Position numbers and translations under genes: made by a program. DNA of 64,000 nt, from assembly GCA_051294375.1 (NCBI GenBank), contig CM119267.1, positions 7,482,683 to 7,546,682 of the forward strand. The letters run 5' to 3'. Within the stretch, counting starts at the first letter, position 1; each line of letters opens with the position of its first letter. Shown piece by piece: positions 1 to 18,044 of this stretch. The notes under the pieces were generated by a model. That model was not told the DNA's origin and made no database searches. It worked only from the letters and a program-made list of their open reading frames with translations. This DNA comes from Paraspadella gotoi (lineage: Eukaryota; Animalia; Chaetognatha).

Positions 1-1900
1 CCATCCCTAATATAATTTTTAAGCTTCCAGTTCATAGATATAAAAATCTTTGGTGATAATTGTAATTTAATTTATTAGTAAATTATGAATCTTAACAATA
101 AAAAAATGTTTTAAACCTATTTCCAGTTATTATTGTTATTACCATCCTGCTAATCAAGCGAATTTTTACAGTGACAATCCGACTTGAAGGCTCAGTTTCC
201 CAAATTTTCTTTTTTTCTTCTCAGATGAATGAAAAATTAAAAAGTCAGCGAACAATCATCGTCTCTGTTCGTGGTTTTTTACCTGTGATAAAATTCACGG
301 TATCAAAAAACGGAAAAAAAAGAAAATCGGCGTAGTTTTTTAATACTTGAAATTCAAAACTCAAAATTCGGGTTTGGAATGAAAATGACATTTGAAATCA
401 ACGAGTTCCACTGGACAGAATTGTATAATGACAATTTTTTGTTTCACAAAAAAATTTAAAACTACTCTTTTTCGAGGGGAATTCGTCCAATACCAAAATA
501 ACCAAAATATTAAGGTTTAAAATAAAACAAGGCAAATAATCGATTAAAAATAAAAAATTAAATTAATTTTTTGCGAAAAAACCTCTAAACAAGCTTTCGA
601 ACATTCGACTAAGTATCACAGCGAAAAAAAAGTGATAACCGGTAAGTAATGAATGCATCAATTAAAAAAAACCGAACGCCTTTGTCTTATCCGAAAGAAT
701 TTGTGCAATATACGTAGACAATTACGATGACTGGCGTGAAAATATCACCAATATTTTAAAGAGAAAAGGCATTCAAAACAAAAAGCAGATTGTAATAAAA
801 AAAATAAATCAAGGTAGCAGCAACATTTTTTCTTGTTAGCGCCGGAAACTCGAGGCAAAATCACTGACTTAAAAATAAATGTCAACAAAATTCTCTTTAA
901 TGCTGAAATTTTCAAAAAGCTAAACGTGAAACTCAAAGCATAAAAAAGCTCACTGGCGTGAACCCCGGTTTTCCCGGTATCCCCGTTTCGGGACAATTAA
1001 ATCTGGATTTTCCTTGGTGGGTCGAAAACTATTAGAGTAAAGCCTGAACTAAAGCGCAAAGAAGCACGATCGGCGAGTACAAGTATTTAAAAGTTTGGCA
1101 ACAAGATTATCAGAAAGCGAATTGTACCTAAGGCTAGGAAGCGTATTAGCCAACAAGCTTGCCCGCGATCATACTTCGTCGTACTTAGCAACTGGGGATG
1201 TTGAATTACATCATATTCATATGGCAAACAGCAAATGCTATAAAAATACTGCCACGAGAACAAAAGAAACATTCCTTTTACCCTAATAACTATCGGTAAA
1301 CTCAACCAATTATATTCCTATTCTACAATGCATTTTTGGCAAATGCGATCCGATAACCAGTAATTTAATCTGACTTAGTAAACCCAATGCATGTAAATTG
1401 TGTCCAATTTCTGGTGTCATCTAAAAAGTATAAAATTTATAAAAACGAATTGGTTTTTTTTTCTTTTGTGATGAGTTATGCATATTTATCCTTTGATGCT
1501 ACGAAAATGCGAAATACTGTGGTTTCTTTCTTTCGGTGTTTTTCCATTTTCGTTTTCTCTGTGGAAAAAAAAGAAAATATTTTTTTTAAGTGCTCAATGA
1601 ACCAAAATTTACCCTGATACTTTCCTTTACAGCGTCGACAAATTTTAAAAATGAATTTTAAACATTAAAAAAAAGCTTTTTACTTTACAGGTCTTTTATT
1701 CATGTATAATTGTATATTGTAAACAAGTTATAAATTCTAATTAACGAACACATATATACGACTCTTAATGATGTTCCTATGCGTATATTCGTATTATTTT
1801 CCTGATGAAGCTTAGAACGGTGGAGAACGGGGAAAAAAAGTACCTCAATGAAAAATTGAAGAATCGAAGCTGAATCGACAACGACAACTGTATAGTTAAC

Positions 1901-4407
<2,507 letters not shown>

Positions 4408-5178
4408 CACGAATTCACGTTTTAGAAAAAAAAATGTAAAATTAATACTAGGCTCCGATTTAACTAATAAAGGCACAGGGAACTGAAGATGTCCGACGCG
4501 GGAGCGGCGGTTCAAAACCGAACCGATTTATTATTGAAATTTACTAGATCACAGGTGCGAGTGACGAAAAAATATTTGCTGAGGTTTCTATAGATGATGT
4601 GGATTTTATACTTTTCGTTGTTTTTCCGACTTTATGAAATAAATCAATAAAGATCAAAAATAAAAAAATAAAAAAATTTAAATGCTCATATAATTAATAA
4701 AATAAAACATTAAAAAATATATTTAAATACTGTCTAAACTGGTTTTTAATCTTAAAACGTTTCATTTTCTCTAAAATTGAATAAAATAATTCTTATTTTC
4801 AGTTATGAAATAATAAAATGTTTTGGAGTTCATGAAAAAAAGAATACCGGCTCTTTCTCTTTTACCGTATACAAAAATTATAACGAAAAATAAAAATTCC
4901 ACCACTCAAGAAGAAAACTGTTTTATGCCATGGCAAAGACCGAAGCGACTACCAAGAATCAGCAGCCCGCTCGTAGCCCTGTAAAGAGAAACGTATGACA
5001 TATTGAACGAAAATTTAAAATATATACGTATATAATCGTGAAAAGATTGTCGATACAAAGGGAAGAAAACAAGAGCGATGAAAAATCATCGAAAACAATG
5101 AAAATAGAATGTTGACTAGAGCCACTTCCCCCCTTCTCCATTTTCCGCTGGAATTTATTTTTCTTGCCAGGAATGAGT

Positions 5179-7785
5179 TTATTTCAATGAGAACGTGCTG
5201 CGACGCAGGGCGTCAGAGAGATGAGGGTCTGGATCCGGCTCCTGGGATACAACCCGAACTTTGACCCACTTTCGGGAAGAATTAGAAAGCCTAAAAATAT
5301 ACAAATACAATAATCTACCTAATAATTCTAATTCAGTATCGTAAAGTATCTCCCTTTTGTGACCTAACCTAATAGCGTCTAAAACGCTTTCAACATATAG
5401 CGCGTCCTCGAAATCAGCGGCGTTGGCCAGAGGTTCTGGCGTCCACTTTAGACGATCTTCGTCCAGTTTGAAGGCTTCCTTTAAAGCCTCAACCAACCTC
5501 ATTAGGCCTTTAAGGTAAGGAGTAGGAAGATCCGCCTTAATCGCGTCCAAAGCGCCGCATTTACTTTCGTCTGAAATAATTGAGTTGCCCATCAATGTAG
5601 TTTATGAGTTTATGTCCAACACCTTATCCTACAAATCCCAATTATGCCCAGAATTATTTGTATGCAAAGTCTAACCTAAAATGTTAGGAGCCTCGTGGTA
5701 GAGCAACTCTTCCTTGACGGCGTCGCTCTTTTGACCATAAAGACTTGTGCCCCTGGCCACGAGATGGCCCTTGGCCCCAACGACAAGTACCTCTTGCAGG
5801 AAGGGCCCGTTTAGGAGGTTATTGACGGTGGAGCTGACGAAAACGCCGTCCTCTAACTCCAGCTGAAACGTGCAGAAGTCGTCGCTGGTGATGCGACGAA
5901 TACCGTCCACCTTCTCGGTCTTCTGGACGACCGTCTTCAAGCAGCCGGTAGCGCGGACAGCTCGGCGCTCCACGAGAAAACACACGAGATCGACGATGGA
6001 GGCACCGAGATTAGCTAGCATTCCCCCACCCATATGATCGTCGCAAGTCCAACCGTACGATTCCCTTTGCGTCGCCGAAGAATGAATGCGCACTTCGACG
6101 AGTTGAACGGCGCCGACGTATCCGTCTTCGATGAAGTGCTAAGCGAAGCAGAAATGACAAATTACTAACCGCGTCGATTTTTAACTCCCGAGATCAACTT
6201 CATCACCCCAGGTATCACCCGTCATCCCCACTCTTTCCACTTCTCCCCTTCCCCAACGAGCCTTGAGCTTGGTGTAGAGCGGCAAAAATCTTAATGTGTG
6301 TGAAACCAGGGACATAAGACTCGGGTAATACTTGGCCGCGCTGACCATCCGCAACGCCTCCAGGGGCCCGAGCGCTGTCGGAGTACCGCAGAGCACGTGC
6401 TTGCCGATTCCCAAGGCCTTGACGGCGATTTGAGAGTGGAGGTGGGGAGGGCAAAGGATGCAGACGAGATCGACGTCCTTCCGGAGAAGAACTTCGTCCA
6501 CGCCTAATACGACGCCAAATATGCCAAGTTTCATTTTAATTCATTCACAACACAGCAAATATCATAATTTCCATAATTTAATTTTTGCGAAAGCTACTGC
6601 AACGGGGTAAACAAATGGGATCAGGCATGACTTCAGCCTCGGGGAAGGACTGGAAAATATGGGTAAAAGATTAGATTAGACTATCTACCTTCAAAGCGAC
6701 CGGTGTAAAACGGGATGGCGAGATCTTCAGCAAGCTCCTCGGCCGCCTCCGAGGTTCTGCCCCACAAAGCAGCAACACGAAACCCGCTGCTCTTCAAGAT
6801 CGGGACCAACACTCGAACAACTGACCAGGAATGATTACGACAATTGGAGCAAATTTAAGCTTCATCATTTAAGAAAAAGGGTCATTCAATTCAACTTCAA
6901 AATAGGCCTGAAATGGAGTACAAATTCAGAAAGCTGAGCTCCTGGCGATTCGAAAATGTATTCACTTTATAGCATTTGATGCATTCTACCCCATTTTATA
7001 TCGGTTTTAATTATAATATAAAATAAAAGAAACCTATCTGAAGAGTTGCAGGTCAAACGAAAAGGCCAATCCATCTGATATTTTTTATGAATTTTTAATT
7101 ACTGAATTAGAAAAATGTAATGGAGAGATATTTTTAAATTTCAACTTGTATCCTTGAAAATGAAACGTTTTTAAACTTTACCCTGAATTCTTTCTAACTG
7201 GAACGCGTTTATCAAAATGTCTCTCTATTACATTTTACAAATGTTTTTTAAGATTGCTAATCAAATTTTTAATTCAATATTATTGCAGTCGTTTAGGCTG
7301 CAACTCTTCAAATTCAGTGTAGATTCATTGTAGCTCGAATTTCTTTACCATCTATTTAACTTAAGATTTTGTTCATGACTGGAAAACCAACAGAGTAACG
7401 AGATTAATTGTTTAATTCTCCCCTTCTAAACTATCCCATACCGTGTTTTAACTTCTTACCTAGAACTTTTTAACAACCAGATTGAAAAACAAATCTTTAA
7501 AAAATGTGCTTACCCATTTAACTTAACAATTTTGTTATTTAACCATTTAAAAAAAATTATTGAAAACAGAATGAACACATATAAATAAGAACTTATTTCT
7601 TTGTGATTACTGATGACTATAATGTATTTCTCGATATATTAGCTCTAACAATAAATGATTTACGTATTGTTATGCTGAATGACCTTTCCTCTTAAAGACT
7701 AGTTTGCACCTCAAGTTAGCAAACCTGTTCCGGTGCCAAAAATGCCAATGCCCGGCAGAGCAGGATGAAATTTTTCATTTGACAT
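5179..7785 (-). CDS. GFOD1: Glucose-fructose oxidoreductase domain-containing protein (GFOD1/2 family)
   Basis: Exons give LPGIGIFGTG, ALWGRT, DEVLLRKDVDLVCILCPP, YGWTCDDHMGGG, GIRRITSDDFCTFQL and the C-terminal ALRRSTFSL, collinear with vertebrate GFOD1/2. One intron needs a GC donor. Confidence 0.9.
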
Positions 7786-8422
7786 TCTAAGTCGAAAAGT
7801 TAAACAAATTTAAGCTTAGAGTTAGAGCGCATGGTTAGTTTTATTATGCTACTGCTGTAAAAAAAAAACAAGAGTGGTAAAATTATTTTTTTAACAAAAA
7901 TTATATTAACAAAATTTTAAAATGGAGACAACAAAAGATAAAAACATCAAAAAAAGTAACCACTATATCAACTTAGTAATGGGTACTCTCCTGTGCGTCC
8001 TATCAGCGACAACCACTTTACTACGTTCAACAGAGTATATTAGCCATTATGTACAACAAGTAGGAGGAGTAGTAGGAGAAGTTTAATACCTAAATTATTT
8101 AAATACTTATTATCATTATAACTGTCATTTAAACTATCATTTAAACTTACATCTTAGGCTTCCCATAGACTAAGTGACATAATTTCGCATAAATTAAAGA
8201 AAAGAAAAATAATTCAAATCCCGGTCTGCTCCGTGTCCTCGGCACCGCGTCTCTAATCTCTAAGCGCCGAATCTTAGCGCCGGTTCGCTTAATCATCGTC
8301 CCGACACTAAGCGTCCGCCACGCCCAGTGCTATGCCAGCGGCGCCGTATCGTGCCGTCTTATTATACACACTACACTAGCGTGGGGATGTTGGTGGGCGG
8401 ATTCATTTGGAAACGGTCAATT

Positions 8423-11400
8423 TTAAAGCAAAACTTGTTGATTTTCCTTGTTTCCTTGTTGAGAATAAAGGGTTTTTTGTAATTTTTTGTTTTCCTGAGT
8501 CAAATTTCGTATTTCCGTCTTGGCGTAGGAAAGGCCGGAAGTTATGAAAATAGAGAAAAAGAGACCAGGATAAGATGAGTTAAATGAATTCCACCTTAGT
8601 TTTAAAAGTTATCCAAATACCTGAGCTGCTATGAGTTTTTCCTTGAGCTGGATCAGGTGGGCAATTCTTTGCTTGTGATTCTGGTGACCCATGAGTCGAC
8701 CATTTTCCAGTTGGGCCGCTTCGTACTGCTCCTTCCATCTGTCCCTTTCTTGCTTTAATGTCGACTGTGGAAAAAGGCATTTTGAGCAAACAACACCGGA
8801 TATGAACGCGGGCATATAGCGTTAAGCAGCGAATCAGATGAAAAATTATGAGTAACCTTGCAATTTCTTTTTTATTTAATACAATTTACCTACAATTTTT
8901 ATATATTTTTATATTTAATGTGATATTTGTTTTGATTCTGGAGATAAAGCAGGTTATGGTTGTTATATAAGGAAGGAACTTTTGATACAACCAAGAATGA
9001 GATTGAGTTCATCAATCTCATTTGCATATTGTCGTATTGACATTGACTTGTCATAAATTATGGTTTTTATGGTGGTTGTTGTGGTTGTGGCGTAGTTATA
9101 GTGTTTGTTATAATTGTAGTTGTTGTAACATGCATTGACATTTCATATAAAAGAAAAACATGTAAAATTAAATAAAGCATAATTTTTGTTTTTTCCACTT
9201 GGACGATTCAGACAAAACTTTATTTTCAGCTTTATCCATGCTTCTATCCATTTTTCTACATATGAGTAATTGGCGCTCAAAGTTAAGGGGGGACGGACGG
9301 ACAGAAGGACGGACAGTTTTTTTTTGGTGCTAATTTATAATAATTTGATGTTCTGAATATGTTCTAAATGATTTACCGACAAGATTTAAGGGACGGACCG
9401 ACAAAGTGAATTTTCTTAAAGTATATATATTTAAGGAGAATCTTTAAGCAAGTCTAGACTTTAGAGATGTATGCGTATTGAGAAATCACCACTAGGGAAA
9501 GCGTCTCCTCCTTGTCGCAAATCGCCGCCGTCCTCTGACTGTCCCATTCGATCCTTTCACGACGTCGCTCAGCCTCAGCCTCTTCGTTCTTCTTTCTCTC
9601 TAAACTCAATTCGGATTTCAACGAGTCGAGCTTCGATTGAACACCGTTGCGGCGGATGTTTTCTGTAGACCGAGGCAAAGGTTGGATACGTGGAAAAATT
9701 GATTAACAAGTTTCAAGTCAAACATAATTTTTATTCTGATCCCTCATATTTCTTCTTTCTCACCAGCTTCTCGCTCACCATCGACGAGCTCGAGGTGACG
9801 CATAAGCTCCGTCAGTCGATTGCGCAAAGCTTCGTTTTCCTGTATTAAATTACAATAATAAAACTGAATGAAAAAAAAAGGAAACTTTCAAACTTTGCTA
9901 TGAAGCCTGCCTTGAGAACGTCGTCGTCTTGTCGCTCCTCTTTTGGTCGCAACCAGCGACGGTTTTCCTCGAGTTCCGCTTTAAGTCGCGCCAGGTCCGC
10001 CTCCGCCTTCCGCAGCGCATCCCTAGCAGTTTTGGATTCCGCGAGGGAAACGTTGAGCTCTTCTTTCAGTTTGAGGAACATCTCATTGAGGTAGGAGTTG
10101 TCGTCGTTTAAATTTTCCAACCGCCAATCGTAAGTCTGTCTCTCGGCATCAGCTGATTTTTTGGCCTGGATAAGAAGGGATAGAGAGATTTTGATTAGAA
10201 TTGCTTGGTTGGTTTTATTTTTTCTTTCTTTTTTCTGCGCTTCCGCACGCAAGGAAAATACAAACCTCATTAAGCTTTTCACGCAAAGTTTCAACGGTGA
10301 TCTTAGCCTCCTCGGTCTCCACGCAGTAAGATTGGCTTTTCGCCGTTAAAGTCTCCACGACCTCCTCGAGCTTCTTTAACTCTTTCTCTGCAGCTTCTTT
10401 ATCTTCCAACAGCTTGTCGCGTTTGCTTTCTACATCACGAAGGACGAGGAGAATGTCTTCTCTCCGTCTTTCCGTGTCGGCGCGGCCACTCTCGGCCTCG
10501 TTGCCGACTCGAACAGCTTCACTCAGTCGGTCGCGCAGGGTCGAGGCTTCCGCCGCCGCCTCCGCCAAACGCGACTGGAGGAGGCGCTTCTCCTCCTCGA
10601 CCTCGACCAATCGGCGGCCGGATTCCTCTCCGCGTCGCAGGGCGTCTTCGGTTAGTGCGACGCACCGTTCGCTCTCACGGGCGAGCAGAGCGGATAGGCG
10701 GGTCTCGGATTGCCGGGCAGCATCTTCGCTCGTTTGAAGGGAAACGATGAGTGCCTCATTTTTTTCCTCGGTTGCGAGGGCGACGTCGAGATGATCACGT
10801 AATCTGAAAGTAAAATTAGCCACATATGTTTTTTAAGAAATGTATAAAAAAATAAAGACTAGTTACAATACAGTATATATCTAACATATACGGAAATATG
10901 ATAAGAAATAAGACGGAAAAGGTAGCAAACTAACAGTAGTCCGCTATAAATATTGTTAAAGTGTTCAATCAAAATAAAAAATATTTCAAGATTTATTTAT
11001 AATTGTAGTATTTCCTTTGATTTCGTTGCGTTTGGATATTTGTTTGCAAAGTAAAAGATTTTTATAGAGTTCAACAATGATTATTATTTGAAATCGTTTT
11101 AGTTCTAGTGCGAACCGAAACATGAAAAGATTTATTTAATGTGGAATCCATTTTATATAATATTACTTAATAAAATCGAAAATTTTTTTTTTAAATGTTA
11201 ACTTTTTTCATCTTATTTTGATAAAGTTTAATAAGTGATGGTTATTATTAGAATTTTAAAAAAATTATAATGATTTGTCAGTTATAATGAACAAAAACTC
11301 ATATTTTCTAAATAATGATAATGATGATTTTTGGATTTTTTAAAATTTTTACCCCATTTCTAATTATTTTTTTAAAAATTGTAATCCTAACCTTTATCTA

Positions 11401-14400
11401 ACTTTTTGACATTTAAAAATTCAAAAGTAAAAAAAAAATTGAATAAATTTTGATATATTAGTATTTTACCTTTGCACTTCGCTTCTTAGTTCGGAGGAGA
11501 CCGTCCTTTCGCGATCCAGTTCTTCAGACAAAGCTTTCATCTCATCCTCGATTCGTAACATCTTCTCTTCCAGATAAACCATCTGTGACTCCTTGGCGTG
11601 AATTTCGGTGTCGTGCTCCGTCGATATCTCGGCCTCAAGTTTATAATTAAAAAAAACTATATGCACCGACGCCATGAGCTCGGAATCTCGCCAACAATCG
11701 CCGAAAAAAACTCACCACGCGTCTTAGCGCCTGCGCTTCCATTATTTTTATGTCATTTAGTTCGCTGACGGCGAATTGGAGTTCGTCCTCTTTTAACTTT
11801 AATTTTTTCGTCATCGAGTCGATGCCATTCATCATGTCAATTCGTAATCGCTGAAACGATTACAAAAAAAGGCTTAATTTCATTAAGGAAGGCCAGATTA
11901 ACAAAATACGGTTACAAAAGAGGTTTTAATTTGGCCATAATTTCATAAAAGTAAATAAATCCCTTACTTCGTTCTCAGTCTCCATATTTTTTTTCTCCTC
12001 GAGCAGGTTTTCTTTTGATTCGACCAAGCGGCTCCGCTCGATCAGCCATGAATTTTCCTTTTCAACCATTTCAGACCGTTTATCGTCTAAGTCCTGAACC
12101 ATGTGAAAATATTGGAAAATAATTTTTTGGCTGCTTGGGGGGGGGGAAGCATTTTGTTTTTTACCTGAATCTGCTTCGTCAATTCCTCAATGCGTTTTCC
12201 CTGAGTTTGCAGCAATTCCTCTTGCTCCGCAGAATTGGAAATGTTTTCTTTCGTCAATCTGGTCGCAGAATTGGATTCCCCGACATCAACTTCTACGTCG
12301 CCTTCCGCGGCGACGCGAGAAAAGGAGGCGTCGAGGTTACTACAAATGCCATCGGGCTTGAAAACGCGCCGCACCCTGACGCTGGGCGGCGTCATGGATT
12401 GAATAGTGAGGACGTGCTCTTTCTCGCGCGTCTCCATCTGGATCTTCGCCCGGAGCTTGGTTCGGTCGACGGCGTTTCGAAGATCCTCGCATTCAATTCT
12501 CTTTTGTTCGAGAAGGTCTTCCAGGTCTCGTTTTTTTTCTCGCCATTCGCGGTCCGACTCTTCCGATTGAGACAAGCGTTCCCGTAATTTTTCAATCGCT
12601 TCTTTTAACTCTCGGTTTTCCTGCGTTAAATTGGAATCTTCGCTGGTCAAAATCTCCTCCGTCTGCCGCAATTTGTGGAACGCCGATTCCAACTCCTTTA
12701 ACAGGGGGGAAGAATGCTTATGACACATGGCACCAAGGCGGATCAACAAATAACTTTCAACCGACCTTGAACGCCCTGGCATTAAGGGCAAATTTTTCTT
12801 GCATTTTTGGTTCATTCAATCGATGACGCAAATCTCTGATAATTCCGCTTTCAATATTATTGGCATCCTCCAGCTCTTTATTAAGCAACTTTAAACAAAT
12901 TAATGACAAATTTACAAAATTAGTTGCAAAACAAAAATAGTAATGAAACAAAGCAACGATTGAATTATCTCACTTTGATTTCCTGGAGGCGCATTTCCAA
13001 CAGTTCTTGAGCATCCTCGGAGCCGCCAGTAGAAACCAACTTTGCTATTCGGTCGTCACGAAACCTTAGAATCATTTTGTGCGTGAACTTCATATTTTCT
13101 TGCCGTTTCAAGTCCTGCTTGTAAGCATTAATCTGTTTTTAAAAAGAAATGAAGAATGTGAGAAATTAAAAATTTTCTAGTTCCTCGTCTTTCAAAACAA
13201 TCAACCTGATCCAACAGTTCTCTATTTCTATCGCTCAGTCTCTCCCTGAAAGTCATGGCTTCGATAAACTCGCGCTTCCAATCCTTGGCTTTAGCCATCG
13301 AATCGGCCGTAGCATCGTTGTTCGGTTGTCGGGGCATTATAGGTGGAACGATCGAACCCGACTGGCGTATAGATATAATCGAATAAAAAAATAGGATTAT
13401 TCACCATCATGAAATAATAGCTAAAATTGTCTCACTTCCCCCCCCCCAAAAAAAAATGCTAAGATCACGTTTTACCTCGTGCTTTCGTATTTTTTCCTTG
13501 AGAGTTCGAATTTCTGCTCTCAGTGATTCGAGATCACCTTCGACATCTTCGTTGATCGTCGCCCGATTTTTTATTTGTTTCGCATTCGAGAGAAACCTGA
13601 AGCGCCTCTTGAATTATAAAATTTTCCACGGATGCTAAAGCCGATTTCCCACAACCTGAGCGTGGACAAAGATTCTCCCGCACACTTGAACCCCGGGTGA
13701 ACGCAGCCAACGATGAAGGTCTTGGTGTTTCCGCCGAGGGAGTCGCGGAGAAGAAAGGAAAGCTTCGAGTCTCGATAGGGAACGTGTCGACGGGGCTTTC
13801 CTCGGCTGATGTCGACGAGAGCATTGATGACGTTCCCGATGGTCGAAAGCGACCGGTTTATGGAGCTGGCCTCTTTAATACGCTGCCCTGCGGCGTTGGT
13901 ATCCTTCTGCCTTTCGCTCCCGGCCAAGTCTATGAGGTTCAACTTGGAAGTTCTCACGTTGACCACTCCGTCTTCGCGCAACTTTTTTGTCTCGAGATAC
14001 AAAACGAAGAGAGAGTGAGATCGCGAGGAATCCCGGTTCATGTCGGTTGATGCGACGCGCCGGTTCGACCATCCTTTTGTCAAAGCGTTATGCGCGGCGT
14101 CAGGACTAAAAAAAGGGCTCGATGATGAATAGTCAATTTGTAAATTAAAACAAATCACAATCCTACAGTAAAACTAAAATGCAAGGGACTCCTAATACCT
14201 GTCGATCTCGTCTCTCTTAAGCCCTTCCACGTAAACGGTCTCGCCGCGTTCCCTGACTTCAAGTTTCCTATTGGAATTCCAATCCAGGAGGTCGAACACC
14301 TCCTCGTTGTAGATCTCAAGAAAACTGCATTCAACTTTGAACTGAACGTTGGAACCTTCATTAGCCGAGACGAACGCTATCTGGTCATAGAGATATTCGA

Positions 14401-14913
14401 TGAGGCGGGGAATTAGGCCGCGCGTCGCCGAGTCGAGAGCTTCATCGGCCGCTCCTTGGAAGAGTATAAGAGGGCAATTGCACTTAATGCGAAGCATTGC
14501 CTCTTTGGATTGGCCAAAAAGAGTCAGACCCCACCTTGCATCGTATAAGTTTTTCCGGCACCAGTTTGGCCATAGGCGAACACCGTAGCGTTGTAGCCCT
14601 CTAGGAACACGTCAACGATTGGGCGTCCGACGATGTCAAAAACCTCAGATTGCGTGGCGCTTTTTGTAACCACGTGATCGAAAGTGAATTTGTTATTGTT
14701 TTTGGTCTCGTTCGCGGTGAGAGTCTTGTCGTCCACGAGAAAATAATCTGCTTCGCGGGAAGAGGGAAGAGGGACTTTGAAAGGAGTGGCGGGTTGGAAC
14801 GGACCCTTGGCGGCTTGTTCGCGAGCAGGTGTGACAGGACAAAAAGGATGTGTGATGGAGACATCGTAGGGGCGAATTCGCACCACTACTTTAATAGCAT
14901 CATCGTTGGACAT
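8423..14913 (-). CDS. KIF15: Kinesin-12 family motor KIF15, multi-exon
   Basis: N-terminal motor with FAYGQTGAGKTYT, SSRSH, LIDLAGSER and HVPYRDSKL, then a long coiled coil and a C-terminal GHQNHKQRIAHLIQLKE (HMMR_C-type motif typical of KIF15). ATG at 14913, TAA at 8423-8425. Confidence 0.9.
9290..9415. repeat. Degenerate GGAC/GACA micro-repeat patches in a KIF15 intron, possible Helentron/DINE-like remnant
   Basis: GGACGGACGGACAGAAGGACGGACAG and GGACGGACCGACA patches resemble the internal microsatellite of the element at 44553-44867. Termini are not recognisable. Confidence 0.3.
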
Positions 14914-15528
14914 GTTTCTCACGAATGTAAAGGCACTTTAGGCGCAGTGAGTTTCTAAGTAAAATTCTGTATAAATCAGAAAAAACCGACTTATTTCGAC
15001 CTGACAGAAAACTAAGGGTTCAAGCGACTACTTCTTCACCAGTCTGGCTGGATTAACAAAATATAATACAAAAATACGAGCTAACTACCAATTTAAAAGA
15101 AAAATGGAAATCAAGCGGCAGTGAAAAGGCCAAGAAAATGTGAATAAAAAATATATTCACGCCTTAAGATAAACAAAATTACGAGGAATGGAGTACCGAA
15201 ATGTAACATCGATTAACGTACGTAGGTTTAAAGTTGGCGCTCTCTTGATACTAGTTAAAAATAAATAACTTGTGAACCTAAAGCTGTAAAAACTAAAACC
15301 CTAAGCTAACTGATACGTTGAGAGCCTAAATGTGACGACGTCGAAATCTGGTAACAAATTATTTTGGTTGTACAAATATTGTATGTAGTTTTTGCTCGTG
15401 TGTCAAGTTTTGTTGCGTTTTGTTTTTTGTTTGTTTTTTTCCCCTTTTTTTAAAAACAAAAAACAAAAAACGTCCGATCAACAAGACGTTTTCTTAACGG
15501 CGAGATATATCCTCTCTGGGTCTCGCCC

Positions 15529-17730
<2,202 letters not shown>

Positions 17731-18044
17731 TCACACGGGGGGAGGGAATTTAAGTGGAAACACGACCAATCAAAAACCGGATTTGGGTTACTTGTTTGTT
17801 TTTTTGTTTTTTTTTCGTCTGTTTTTGTGTTTGGTTCAGCGGAACAGTTTCTAATGTCATACGAATGAAATCTAAAAATCTAGGACGAAATTACATACGA
17901 AATATAGAACAAGAAAAAATGCGTAAGGTAAATGAAAAAAAGAAGTACGACTGGACGGTGAATGCATAGATACAAGAAAAATCATATGTTAAGCTAGCAA
18001 ACACGTATATTCGAGGTTTTTTTTTTTTTATAAGTTTCAGACGT

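Noticed and set aside
1-1890. Short ORFs and possible 5' exons of a further minus-strand gene
   Set aside because: AT-rich, no recognisable protein motif; cannot be supported from this window alone.
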